Assembly (NCBI RefSeq): GCF_006345805.1
Contig: NC_042998.1
Coordinates: forward strand, 62,744,001-62,808,000
Direction: 5' to 3'
Source of the DNA: Octopus sinensis
Taxonomy: Eukaryota
Length of the DNA stretch: 64,000 nucleotides
The first letter of the stretch is position 1, and the number at the start of each line of letters is the position of its first letter. Of the stretch, positions 12,745 to 25,760 are shown in pieces. Under the pieces are notes generated by a model. It had not been told where the DNA came from, did not search any database, and saw nothing but the letters and a program-made list of their open reading frames with translations. The translations under genes and the position numbers were made by a program.

Positions 12745-14274
12745 TGTGTATGCAAAAACGGAGGCAAATAAATTTTTTTCTATTTTAAGGGAGACCCAAC
12801 CTATTTTATTAATATTCCTAAAAGCATTGTATATGAAATTTGGGGTTGAAAAAGAGAAAATTAGAGGTTGCTACCAAGCTTTATAAATATACATATGTCA
12901 GTTTGTGCTCAAAATATTGTTTTGTTGATATTTTCGCTGGAACCGATTTGATATGTACCTAGTTAACCTTGTTTGAGGAAAAAAAACACGATGACATTCT
13001 AGTCTACATTACATAGTGAGGTACAGCGAGTACCGCGTTAACTTTTTTATGTGGAAGTTTCCCCAGTAAGCACATCATGACCACTTATGTAGGTTCATAT
13101 TTTTGTGAAGCAAGAGTAATGTTTTCTTGTTTTTGTTTGAGAGTGACGACCTGTACCTTTTAACAATTTGAAGAAACTATTGTTTCTGCTCTTCATCATT
13201 GGTTGTCAGTTTGTTGTATTCCCCCATCAGTCGTACACTTCTTTCCGCAATGTCGTTTACCTCTTTGAGTCCATATGCGATATCTCTTGCATTCGCCTAA
13301 CTTTCATCATCATTCCATTCTTCAGCATCTTTTTCAAGAAAAAGCCAAGGCTCCTCTAGGATTTCAAAGAATCTTTTTCTGTTGGCAGTAACGAAATCCT
13401 GCAGTTGTTCCTGCTCAGCTGACTCAGGATTTATTGTCGCTCATTTACTCGGTTTTGAGTCAACTGGTTTCTGCAGAGCATGCTTAATTTTGATTTTTGT
13501 CTCATGCAAAACAGCTGAATCAAAAAATGCAAGCGCCACAAGTTCCTCAGAGAGGTGCCACAAATGTCTCAAAACCTTATTGAGTGCAACACTCGAAATT
13601 TTGTCATCCTTTTGTTTGTAGAGCTACAGACTTTGCACAAAATGCAAATCTGAAGGGAAGGGGGCATGAGCGTATGGGTGCCAGGTACCACGATCTGATG
13701 TATATTGCAGCTGAAAAGCAGCAAACATCTCTCAGTCCTTTTCCCCCTCTATCAATTACTTTAAAATGAGATTTAGCCATTCAAATTTTAATGCAGTAAA
13801 TTAGCTTGATCATCCATCGTGCTCTGTGATAAACTCCGGGTGCTTTTAAAGCTAATTCCTGACTTGGGAGTACTACCGAGGAAAATGAGCATTAGATCGA
13901 ACAATTCTTTGTAGTCATCACAAGGCTGCTGAGCTTCAGCAAATTGAATGATTTCTTCAGCATCTGAGATTTTCTCTGCAATGTTAGGGTCATTCGTTGC
14001 TGTTTGGTAATTGTTCTTGTCAATTCCCACCCACTTTGCTTTGAAACTCTTAAGCAGTTGTTTGTCAGGGTCAGTAGAGGATGGCAAGGAGACAGCAAAT
14101 GTACAATAAATACAAACTGAAAAGTAACAATTTTCAAAATGTTTAGTGGCTGGTAGCAACCTCTAAAATGTCTTCAGTTGTGCTGAAATTTTGCATATTG
14201 AGTTTTTACACAAAATTATATAAAATTAGAGGGTATCTTCAAGTTATTGAAATGCTAAGTTACTTTGCATCACC

Positions 14275-14277
<3 letters not shown>
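12745..14277 (-). mobile_element. Internally deleted hAT-superfamily (hATm-like) DNA transposon with transposase relics
   Basis: DDYKELFDLMLIFLG, PGVYHRARWMIKLIY, RHLWHLSEELVALAFFD and VNDIAERSVRLMGEYN motifs. Terminus TAGGGTGATGCAAA at 14277 reading leftward. Left end uncertain. Confidence 0.7.
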
Positions 14278-14313
<36 letters not shown>

Positions 14314-15466
14314 TATATATATAACTATACATACTGATAATATTCATACATGTGCATATGTCAATTCATGCGCTATCAAGCTATTCCATCACCAATCCTA
14401 AGAATTAGGACATAGGTGTATGTATGTATGTATGCATGCTTATATATATAAGCAATTTAGATGTAGCCCAGATCAGGAAAGACAAGCTTTATGAGACGCT
14501 ACTGTATAGATGCTGTTTGAAGTGCCGTATACTTTCCTGTAGAAGTGAGATGTGAGAGATTTATTGGGGCCAAACTGAGATGGTGGCTGCTATCAGTTAG
14601 TGTCCATCATCGTCAAGCAAACGTCATCTTGCAAAAGATCCAATCAGACAGCTGAGAGGGACAGTCATTGGATATGGCTGAAAAAGAATGACGAAACCTG
14701 GCTGGATAGGAGATGATGAACAAATGGACTTGAAGTTGAATACTAGTCAGTCGAAACAATAGGTGGGGTTTCATATAAAGCCGTCGAAGGGAAGATGTGC
14801 ATTCTTTTTTGATGGCCCCCTCAGACCCTTTGCTATCTGGAGTTTCCGACTGTCTGCACTTGCATTAGCAATCTCTTTCCAAATCTATTTCTTCGATGAG
14901 CTCATTCACAATTTCTTTCGAATAACATTCATTCACATGATATCGGTTAAGCGTTTTTAGAATAGTAGATATTTACCCAAAGAACCCCACAGTGGGATTG
15001 ACATTGGAACCACGTGTTAGCAAAAGTGATTTCTTAATCGTAAAATCGTACTTGCATCTACTTTCTAGCACACCGGCATGGCTACGTCAACCAGATAAAA
15101 TATTTAAACGTTTCGAAAATGAAACTGGAGAGCGAACGTTAGAAAACAGATTAAACCACGAAACTAAAAATATAAATAAAAATATTGGTTACAGGTAGGC
15201 TTGGTATTAATAAGATCCATTTGGGGGCTATTAGAATTGAAGTAGATAACCATTCCCAGTCTACTCAAAATGAGATTATGGTTGCAGGGAAGAAAATGTA
15301 AGATAAATAAATAAAATAAAAAATAAATGCTGTGTTTAGCAGGTTGCGAAATTACCTTCCTTTCCATTATTTTTGTGCACAAGACATTTTGTAGAAATGA
15401 ATGGTAAAAATAAATTACAACCATGTTGAGTATGATGCCAACTTGTTCTGATATCCTTAATGACGA

Positions 15467-15799
15467 TTACGTTTTGAGTTCAAATTTCGCCGAGGTCGAC
15501 TTTGCCTTTCACCCTTTCGGGGTCGATAAATTAAGTACCAGTTATGCACTGAGGTCGATATAATTGACTTAATCCGTTTGTCTGTCCTTGTTTGTTTCCT
15601 CTGTGTTTAGCCCCTTGTGGGTAGTAAAGGAATAGGTATTTCGTCTTCCTTTACGTTGTGAGTTCAAATTCCGCCGAGGTCGACTTTGCCTTTCATCCTT
15701 TCGGGGTCGGTACATTAAATACCAGTTGCGTACTGGGGTCGATCTAATCGACTGGTCCCCTCCCCACAAAATTTCGAGCCTTGTACGTAGAATAGAAAA
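15467..15799 (+). mobile_element. Dimeric SINE family A copy
   Basis: Two cores joined by the recurrent GTAGTAAAG.AATAGGTATTTCGTCT junction. Confidence 0.85.
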
Positions 15800-15982
15800 T
15801 AATAGTTTATATTTATAGGGCAGGCCCATGGCCCTATCAAGCGCAGATCTGCCTGTCCTTTATACATGTACCATTTTGTTTCATTTTTGTTCCCCCTATA
15901 ATAATTATATAATAATCTTTGTGGTCTAAATAATGTAGTCCACCTAGTAGAGGTAATCTCTGAATGTTGTATACATAAATAG

Positions 15983-16136
15983 AGGCGTGGCTGTGTGGTA
16001 ACAAGTTGGCTGCTCAACATCATAGTTCCAGGTTCAGTCCCACTGCGTAGCAATTTGGGAAAGTGTCTTCTATAATCTCGGATCGAATATAACCTTTTGA
16101 GTTGATTCGGTACACGGAAACTGAAAGAAGTCCGTC

Positions 16137-16167
<31 letters not shown>

Positions 16168-16243
16168 ATATATATATAATATATATATATATGTACCGGA
16201 GTAAACACATAATACTCAATATGTATATATATATATATATATA

Positions 16244-16289
<46 letters not shown>

Positions 16290-16571
16290 AGGCGCAATGA
16301 CCTAGTGGTTAGGGCAGCGGACTCGTCGTCGTAGGATCGCGGTTTCGATTCCCAGACCGGGCGTTGTGAGTGTTTATTGAGCGAAAACACCTAAAAGCTC
16401 CACGAGGCTCCGGCAGGGGGTGGTGATCCCTGCTGTACTCTTTCACCACTCTTTCTCTCTCTCTTTCTTCTGTTGCCTGGCGTCACTCGAAGGCTAAAAC
16501 AATGCGAATGCATTGTGACCAGCGATGTGTAAAACATCTGATGGTCTGGTCGGTCACGTGATCACGTGATG

Positions 16572-16602
<31 letters not shown>

Positions 16603-16815
16603 GTGTGTCATTGTGTTTGTTTGTCCCCTACTATCACTTAATAGCCAGTGTCGGTGTGTTTACGTCCCCGTAACCTAATGTTTCAGCAAAAGAAACTGAT
16701 AGAATAAGTACCAGGCCTAGAAAAACAATGTACTGTGTTTTATTTATTGGACAAAAATTTTTCATGCTGTTGCTCCAGCTTGACCGCAGTCTAATGATTG
16801 AAAGGAATAAAGAAT
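15983..16815 (+). mobile_element. CORE-SINE family C (head 15983-16138, microsatellite, tail ~16600-16815) with nested family D variant 16291-16570
   Basis: GTGGCTGTGTGGTAA...GGTTCAGTCCCACTGCGT head and CCCCGTAAC...GATAGAATAAGTAC tail. The nested SINE has its own A and B boxes. Confidence 0.85.
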
Positions 16816-17789
16816 ATGTCAGTCCTATAATTCTGGTTATTTCTTTGCTCGCATCACATTTTAATCATGCCCAAAATACCCTTCCTTATAGCAACTCTTT
16901 CCGTTTTTAATCTCAACATTCTGGTTGTCTCTATTTCAATATCATTATATTTGATTAATTCTTCCATTTGTTTAAAAGATACATTGTCAAATCTGACAGA
17001 TACGACTACAAAAAGTCGTTTCCTTTCTTGGAGGTCCAAAAATATTCATTCTGTTATCTGTCTCTTTGTTTGCGTGGAAATATGTTTCTCAGGGTACGGT
17101 CTATTTATCATTGTCTGAGGCCGTTTACTGGAATGACTACACTATTATTATTACATAGAAGGCTGTTGGCAGGTATGGGCGAGAAAATTCTCAGGGAGAT
17201 TCTAGGCATCAGCAAAGACCAGATAAATTGAAGATTTCGAAGTACTTTCCGTCCAAGTGCAAGAAAGGCTGAGATTACCGGATTGTGATAAACCCAACAG
17301 GCACAAAAGGGTTTTCGAACATTTGAAAGTTTATTACAACTGAGAAAATATACGTCTGTAGATAATGTAAACAGTTGACATATTTTCACAAATAGCGATT
17401 TACATATTATTTACAGACGTGGCAAGATAGCGCCTCATAAATAGCCGGAAGATGTGTTCACCATAGAGGTGGTATCAAATTATTTGCGGAAAGAAAAGTC
17501 AAAGAGCCAAACGTGTCTCGATGTGTAAAAGATTTACAGTTGGGCTACAAAAGATGAATAAAATATTAGCGCTGGAGACAATAACACTGCAACAAAATTT
17601 ATGCTTATTTCATCTTCGGTCAGTAAGTGTTATTTCCTGTTTGTTTCTATATAGAAAGCAAAGGATATGACTACTATCTCCTTCATAGTTTGCTTTTGTG
17701 GTCTGAACATCAATCTCTTGAAACCGAGTTATTTTATATTACATTTCAGACAGATTCAGTGCAGTGTTGCTGATGCAGAAATATCGTTA

Positions 17790-17945
17790 TGGCTAATATT
17801 CTGCTCAATACCACAGAATTGCTTGTCAGTTGTTTGGCCATAACAAGTTGAGCACGTTCCTTAGTAGCATCTCTGATCATGAGCAGGACTAGCTGGGGAG
17901 CATCGTAGCCATGTGTTGAGAGGGATCCTTTGGGGTTTGAATAAA
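17790..17945 (+). repeat. Unclassified interspersed repeat F (partial)
   Basis: Homologous to 21873-22030 (GCTCAATACCACAGA.TTGCTTGTCAGTTG...GCCATGTGTTGAGAGGGAT). Confidence 0.75.
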
Positions 17946-18894
17946 TGTAACAAAAGCAAATTTTGAAGGAAATATTAGCCATTTTTCATACTTTTTAGGA
18001 GTAAGCAAATACAAAATAACAGTTGCTATCCAAGGACAAAAATCGTGGTACACAGTGTAGTATGAATAAACAAAAGTTGGTACAAAGAACAACTTCCCTT
18101 TATTTGCTGAGGTTTTTGGACAAAAGAAAAGACTCTACTCGTATCAGCTCAAAGGAAAGAATAAGAGTTGAATAGGTATCTCTGATGAGTTTAGTTAGGA
18201 AAGTGTGAGAAGGAATATAGCATACTTTGGTTTTAAAAAAGAGCCGGGTACGTCTGTATGTCCTAGGAGAAAGAGTTGGGGGAAAATACGGTGCGAAATA
18301 TAGCAGGGCGAGTACTGCCATACATATCGTATATGAAAATATGTGCTTAGTTTCAATGTCAAAAGATGATGACAGGGGATAGAGAGAACTGAGCTGCCAG
18401 ACGTTTCATTACTGGCTTGGGCTACAGTACACAATCAAAGATTTCATAGACATTGACTTTTCATTTGTCACAATTCAGCAACAGTACAGATATATGGTCA
18501 ATACATGAGGCTGGGTTGAGTGTTTATGGACATCCAGTTAATAATGATCCCCTAAAGACCAGAACGAGATATCGGGGATCTACTCTATTAATGGAGCAGA
18601 AAGTATGATAGAGAAACTTGTGGTGAAAGCAGAAATTGTAGTTGTTACTATTTAAGGTTCTTCTCAGAAGAAGAAAAGAGAGAAAGAGAAGGGCGGCAAT
18701 GACAGTAGAAGCCACAGAAACAAAAGTAGTAAGTCCAAGAGTTGAATACCATATTTACTGTTGCTGCTGTATCATGAGTTCCACCGTTGCCGTTCTTTGG
18801 AATCAAGTGAAAGATAAAGAGATACTACAACATGACAAAGTTTGGAAGGAGAGATGGCAAGGGAAGTAAAGAAATATCTTCATGTAATACAACA

Positions 18895-19198
18895 CAGAAA
18901 ATAAAATTGACAGCATATTTCTAAGAATGTGGACAGTACGCTTTAGCACAATCTTCCGGATTTCTCTGAGATATTTATCATATCTAGGGCACTTACAATA
19001 ACAGGAATAGTTCTTGCTTAAGATGCTACATCTATATATTTCAATTTCCAGGTCCTTATATTTATTTAATTTGTCAAATCTTTTTACTGATATATTTTTT
19101 TAGTGGGAAGACTTACATCTGTTAGTCTACAACTATTTTCTTCCCTGTACTTAATGACTGTGTGGTCAGTTAGCCTGGATGTTTGTGCCGGTGTTTTT
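18895..19198 (-). mobile_element. R4/Dong LINE 3' fragment (REL endonuclease C-terminus)
   Basis: Translates to ..DVSLPTKKNISVKRFDKLNKYKDLEIEI..IRKIVLKRTVHILRNMLS, matching the end of the 22.6-24.4 kb ORF. The 5' junction lies at (ATT)n. Confidence 0.8.
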
Positions 19199-19199
19199 G

Positions 19200-19285
<86 letters not shown>
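19199..19285. repeat. (ATT)n microsatellite
   Basis: Directly visible. Confidence 0.95.
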
Positions 19286-19287
<2 letters not shown>

Positions 19288-19290
19288 AAT

Positions 19291-19500
19291 GCAGCGAGCT
19301 GGCAGAATTGTTAACACACTGGACGAAATGCGTAGCGGTATTTCACCCATCACTACGTTCTGAGTTCAAATTCCGTCGAAGTCGACTTTACCTTTCATCC
19401 TTTCAGGGTCAATAAATTAAGTACCAGTTGGCGACTGGAATCGATGTAATCGACTATCTCCCTCCCCAAATTTCAGGCCTTGTGCCTAGAGTAGAAAGGA
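19291..19500 (+). mobile_element. SINE family A copy
   Basis: Family A core and GGCCTTGTGCCTAGAGTAGAAAG tail. Confidence 0.85.
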
Positions 19501-19554
19501 TTATTATTATTATTATTATGACTGCATGCTAGTCTAGTTAGTAGGTATTTATAT

Positions 19555-19745
19555 TGAGGTTTGGTGACAACAAGTCTCCTCAGATCTCAAAAATCATTCT
19601 TAGGTTGGTACCTCTATGCAGGTCGACAATGAAAGTTCCAATTCCAGTCTCTTTAAGACTCTTTAAGATAGCATTCTCTGTGTTGTACCAAGTGCACCAA
19701 CTTACTATAAGAACAATTGGTTTTCCTGGTCTTCCTCAGCTCTCT
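19555..19745 (-). mobile_element. Highly decayed R4/Dong-like 3' fragment
   Basis: Minus strand PIV...VGALGT motif and a ...TGAGGAGACTTGTTGTCACC end. Flanked by (ATT)n at ~19500-19519 and ~19750-19770. Confidence 0.5.
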
Positions 19746-20219
19746 ACAATCATTATTATTATTACTTTTATCACAACTACTATTATTATAAATATTGTTA
19801 GTTTATTTCTCTTTCGTTTGTCGTTATAAACCACTTTTCTTTCCTTTTATTATTTATTTAATTATTAAACATCTCGTCGTAGAATATGGTTTATATCGTA
19901 GAAGCTTTATTTTCTGAACTTCACACATGGAAAGGTTCACTAGGAGACAGTTCTTCGATTTTCTCTTAGGCATTACGCTTCACTGCTTCTCAACGCTTCT
20001 ATAATTACAGAAGAGACTGTTCTTGTGCCAATATTACAAAAATCTTCAATATTACTATAACTATCAGTTTTTGTTAATATATTTGGAGTGTTGTCTTTTT
20101 TGAAACTTGTTTTCTGCCTCATGTTTCATTGTTTCCGAGACGAAATACATGAAGGACATGAAGAAGTGCGCAAGAACTGGATATCTGATATCAATATCAC
20201 GATACCGCTAACCCCTCAT

Positions 20220-21120
<901 letters not shown>

Positions 21121-21499
21121 AATGTATGTATGTATGTGTAGTTTTAAGAACAGTAAACAATATCGGTAATATTTCAAAATATTTGCTGCAGCTTTTCAAT
21201 AACTCGTATGTGACACTACAATTACAAATGTAATAATAAAATTACTACTATGGCCTGTAATAATCATAACAATAGAGATAATTTGAAATTTGGATTACAA
21301 AAGTCAAATACGCTGTTATGTATTTGGAAAATTCAACGGGAAAGAAAATAAAAGGAAGAAATGAGCCAAACGGTAAATGTAGTAATGTACAAATGAACAG
21401 AGAAAAAAAAAAAAAATATTCTATAGAGTTATATATAGCTATTTATTAAAACTGAATTTAAGAGCTTGTGTCACAACTCGAGTTTCAGACTACATTGTA

Positions 21500-21548
21500 T
21501 TGTCTCACGTGATGATCGCAGTAGCGTGAAACGCGAGTCATGAGACAA
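21500..21548 (+). ncRNA. Type I hammerhead ribozyme-like motif (C3 mutated)
   Basis: Stem I TTGTCTCA/TGAGACAA, core GTGATGA, stem II CGC-AGTA-GCG, GAAAC-GCGA-GTC. Confidence 0.65.
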
Positions 21549-21872
21549 ATTCCCAGTTTCAGTTTTAATAAAAAAATCATACCCTCTACAACTTGCATTG
21601 AACAGTAATTTCTCATTACTCTGACATTATACATACATACATACATACATTAAGTACCGGTTGTGTATTGGGGCCGATCTAGTCGAATGACTCCCTTCCC
21701 CACCAAATTTCAGGCCTTGTGCCTAGAGTAGAAAGCATTATTATTATTATTATAATGAAAGCTGCAAAAGCTTCCCAGATTATAACCCAAAGTTTGTGTA
21801 GAGTTTGCTACAGTATTCGAATACTGTTTTTCCCCTTTGTCAGGTGTCTTGGGGAAATTTCAAACTTGGAAA

Positions 21873-22315
21873 TACTGTGCTCAATACCACAGATTTGCTT
21901 GTCAGTTGTTTGACCTTAACCAGTTGAGCATGTCCCTTAGTGGCTGACGATATGTGCATCTCTGATCACGAGCAGAAGTAGTGGGGGAGCATCATAGCCA
22001 TGTGTTGAGAGGGATTCTTTGGGGTTTGAATAATTCACCTCTGGAAACATGGGTGGTTTTTTCAACATCCTTAAACAACCCTTATTCAGGGACCGTTTGA
22101 GCGGGATGGGCTACTCAACCTGAAGAAAATTCTAACTGGGCCCCACCTGCAAGGTCATGTGCTGTTTATCTTGATATGAGATCACCATGTCGCGCACATA
22201 TGGTTGTGATGCATGTGCCTGGTGTACCCTTATCAGACGGGTAGTCATGATGGGTATATTGGGCTTCGTATATTTTACCCCAGTGTCACTTTGATGGCAT
22301 GCACTGCTCTCTCTC
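21873..22315 (+). repeat. Unclassified retroposon-like repeat F ending in an (AAT)n tail
   Basis: Second copy at 17790. Ends CTGCTCTCTCTC followed by AATAAT. Confidence 0.7.
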
Positions 22316-22400
22316 AATAATAATGATGATGATGATAACAACAACAACAACAACAACAACAACAATAACAATAACAATAATAATAATAATAATAATAATA
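22316..22400. repeat. (AAT)/(GAT)/(CAA) microsatellite, 5' flank of the LINE
   Basis: Directly visible. Confidence 0.95.
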
Positions 22401-24590
22401 AAATTCCCTAATGAACAGAAAGGATGTAAACGTGGATCCCACGGCTGTAAAGACCAACTACTCATCAATAAGATGATCTTAGAAGATTGTCACAAACGAC
22501 ACAAAAACTTATCAATAGCCTAGATAGACTATAAAAAGGCTTTTGATAGCCTACCACATAGCTGGATTAGGAAATGCCTGGAAATGTATAAGATAGCACC
22601 TACTCTGCGAAACTTCTTGACTGTAAGCATGAGATCATGGAGAACCACACTAACTCTGAACAGTGACAATGAATCCCTAAATGCTGGTGATGTAAAAATT
22701 TCGTGTGGCATTTTCCAGGGTGACTCACTGTCACCACTCCTCTTTTGTTTATCCTTAATACCTCTCTCAAAGCTGCTCAATGATGCGCAGTACGGGTATA
22801 AAATATTTGATAAAAATATAAATCATCTCGTTTACATGGATGATTTAAAGCTTTTTGCAAAAAATGATCAACAACTCAAGGGCTTACTAGCGATAGTCAA
22901 ACAATTCAGTGACGACATCAGAATGCAATTCGGCCTCGATAAATGTGCAAAGGCTACCTTTATCAAAGGAAAAATGACAGAAACATCTAACGTTAACCTT
23001 GACCAACAGAATGTCATAAAAGAACTAGACCCAGCGGAGAGCTACAAGTACCTAGGGGTAATTGAAGGGAACGGAATAAGGCATTCAGAGATGAAGGAAA
23101 GGATCAGGAGAGAATGCTATCGAAGAGTGAGAGCAATACTCAAGACAGAGCTGAATGCAAGAAACAGGATCGAAGCGATCAATGCATTAGCCATACCAGT
23201 CGTGACTTACAGTTTCAATATTGTTAACTGGTCAATTACTGAAATATGTCAGCTCGACAGAAAAATAAGGAAACTGTTGACAATGCATAGAATGCACCAC
23301 CCTAAGGCAGATACAGAACGACTCTATCTGCCAAGAAAAGAGGGAGGCCGTGGTCTTTTGCAACTAGCAATAACAATGAAGATTGCTACAATTGGCCTAG
23401 ACAACTACCTGAAAAACTCTGAGGACTGGATGTTAAAACTTGTCTCAAAACATGAAAACAAGAAAGCATCATACTCAGTCACAAAACAGGCAAAGGAATA
23501 TCTAAGTGAATTCCGAATACAACCAATTTCGGAATTAGAGATAGATATACAAGAAACAAGCACAGAAAAAGCTAGGCGCATGAAAACCCGTGCCAAAACT
23601 GCGGCCTTAGATATTCTGAATAATAAATGGCAAGAAAAACCTCTCTATAGCAAATACCCAAAGAGAGCGAATAATGCAGATATCGACAAAGCCCTGACCC
23701 ATCAATGGCTAATGGCCTCTGGCTTAAAATCTGAAACAGAGGGGTTTATCATAGCAGCTCAAGATCAATGCCTACCAACAAGAAACTACCAGGCCAACAT
23801 ATTAAAGAACGGCAGTAGCCCAACATGTCGTGTATGCCGACAACAAAATGAAACCATTGACCATGTTGTCTCCAAATGCAGTCTTCTAGCGCCTACAGAG
23901 TACCTCAGTAGGCATGATAGAGCTGCACAATATATTCACTGGGTAATTTGCAAAAGCCTGGATTTGCCCCATGAAAAAAACTGGTGGGAACACAATCCAC
24001 CTCCTGTGCTTGAAAATGACCACATCTCACTCCTCTGGAACTTCACCATTCAAACTGACAGGAAGATAGATGCAAATAGGCCAGACATTATATTGAAAGA
24101 CTTCAGACAAAGAACATGCCTCCTCATTGATATGACTGTCCCAATCGATATAAACGTATCTGTCAAGACCTACCAAAAACTGAGCAAATATAAAGATCTT
24201 GAAATAGAAATCAGCAAAATGTGGAAGCTGAAGACTAAAACAATACCTGTTGTCATAGGTGCTCTAGGAATGATAGCGAAAAGGACTGATTGCTACCTAA
24301 CTCAGATACCAGGAAACCCCAAAATGGCAGAAATTCAAAAGATAGTGCTCATGGGAACTGCTCATATCCTACGCAAAATACTCTCTATGTAATCCCAAGG
24401 TTTAAAACAAACTTTTTTATTTATTTATTTTTTTTTTATGTATTAGACATCCACTAGTACAACACCAAAAAAAAAAAGAAAAAAAACCCCCAAATATATG
24501 GCACAGAACTTCCAACCTGTTGTCTCTTGAGGTCTCTGGGTGAGACTTGGAGCCAACTTGTACAGACATAAAGCAAAAGTCAAACATAGA
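22401..24590 (+). mobile_element. 5'-truncated R4/Dong-clade non-LTR retrotransposon (RT + CCHC + restriction-like endonuclease)
   Basis: Single frame 22401-24392: [88 protein letters not shown]. One nonsense codon at 22521-22523. The 3' UTR runs into (AAT)n at 24591. Confidence 0.95.
22584..24392 (+). pseudogene. 602-aa open remainder of the R4/Dong RT-REL ORF
   Basis: ORF track. Lacks the N-terminus and begins downstream of an in-frame TAG that replaces a conserved W. Confidence 0.9.
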
Positions 24591-24604
24591 ATAATAATAA
24601 TAAT

Positions 24605-24765
24605 AACAACATCAAAAAATACATTAGTAATGAGAACCTTGGTTTGAAATTTCCCCAAGATATCTGATGAAAGCTGGAGGGTATATCAGCGGAAACGCTG
24701 TGTTAACAACAAAAAAGATGAGGACAAATATCCGTCAAACGTAAATAATGTAAATAATGTATATC
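24605..24765 (+). mobile_element. PLE/retrozyme-like repeat with inactivated hammerhead (CTGATGA 24664-24670, GAAAC 24692-24696)
   Basis: Homologous to 40284-40380. The cleavage triplet reads GCT instead of GTH. Confidence 0.7.
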
Positions 24766-25026
24766 TTACTACTTCTGAGATGCCAGCTGGGAATTCATAA
24801 ACCTAACTGGGTATATAGGATGAAAGTGTCAGGTGTTAAAAGACCCTGAAATCTCCCGAAATCCTGAAACATCACTGATGATACATTCCAGAGCATCCGT
24901 TAGGTGTATCTTGGAACCGATGCAGAAGGATCTGTGATGAGTGTTTCATAAGACTGTGGTTGAAAATCTGGCCCAAATGAAATTGCCAGCAATACTCAAT
25001 TCTGATATTTTGTTTCATTATACGTT

Positions 25027-25405
25027 GGCGAGCTGGCAGAATCGTTAGCACGCCGGGGAAAATGTTTAGCGGCGTCTCCGAGTTCAAATTCCGCCGAGGT
25101 CAATTTTACCTTTCATCATTTCGGGGTCGATAAAATAAATACCAGCTATACCCTGAGCTCGATGTAATCGACTCATCCTCTTGCCTGAAATTGCAGATCT
25201 TGTGTCAAAATTTGTAACCATTATATTTCACTGGTTAAGACGGCGAAATGGCACAATCGGTAAGCGGAATTTCACCCTTCCTCACGTTCCTAGTTCAAAT
25301 TCCGCCGTGAACGTTATAGGGTTAACACAATAATTACCAGTCATGTACTGGTGTCGATGTAATAGACTTTCCCAACCTTTTCATAAACAGTTGGCCCTGT
25401 TCCAG
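25027..25405 (+). mobile_element. Two co-oriented SINE family A copies
   Basis: Cores at ~25080 and ~25290. Confidence 0.8.
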
Positions 25406-25659
25406 ATTTGAATCTATTATATTTCACTGGATCAGACATAACAGTTAAACCGCAATTATTTAGACTTCCGTTTTCGGACGACGGACTTGGAATAAAATTG
25501 TCCAATCTCTCCATTTCTTTTGTACGTAAGTTTTCTTTGGCTTTTTTACATTTAGCGGTACAAGTCTTTCACATTATTGTTATATCAGTTCTATATTTCC
25601 TGTTGTGGATATTTTCCTTTGTGGAAGTTTATGAATATGTATTTGTATGTATTATAAAA

Positions 25660-25663
25660 TATG

Positions 25664-25697
<34 letters not shown>

Positions 25698-25760
25698 TGT
25701 ATGTATGTATGTATGTATGTATGTATGTATGTATGTATGTATGTATGTATGTATGTATGC
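25660..25760. repeat. (TATG)n microsatellite
   Basis: Directly visible. Confidence 0.95.

Noticed and set aside
16820-17400. Cluster of short non-repetitive ORFs (also 18100-18870 and 34174-34371)
   Set aside because: No recognisable motif or consistent splice structure. Probably old decayed TE or unique non-coding DNA.
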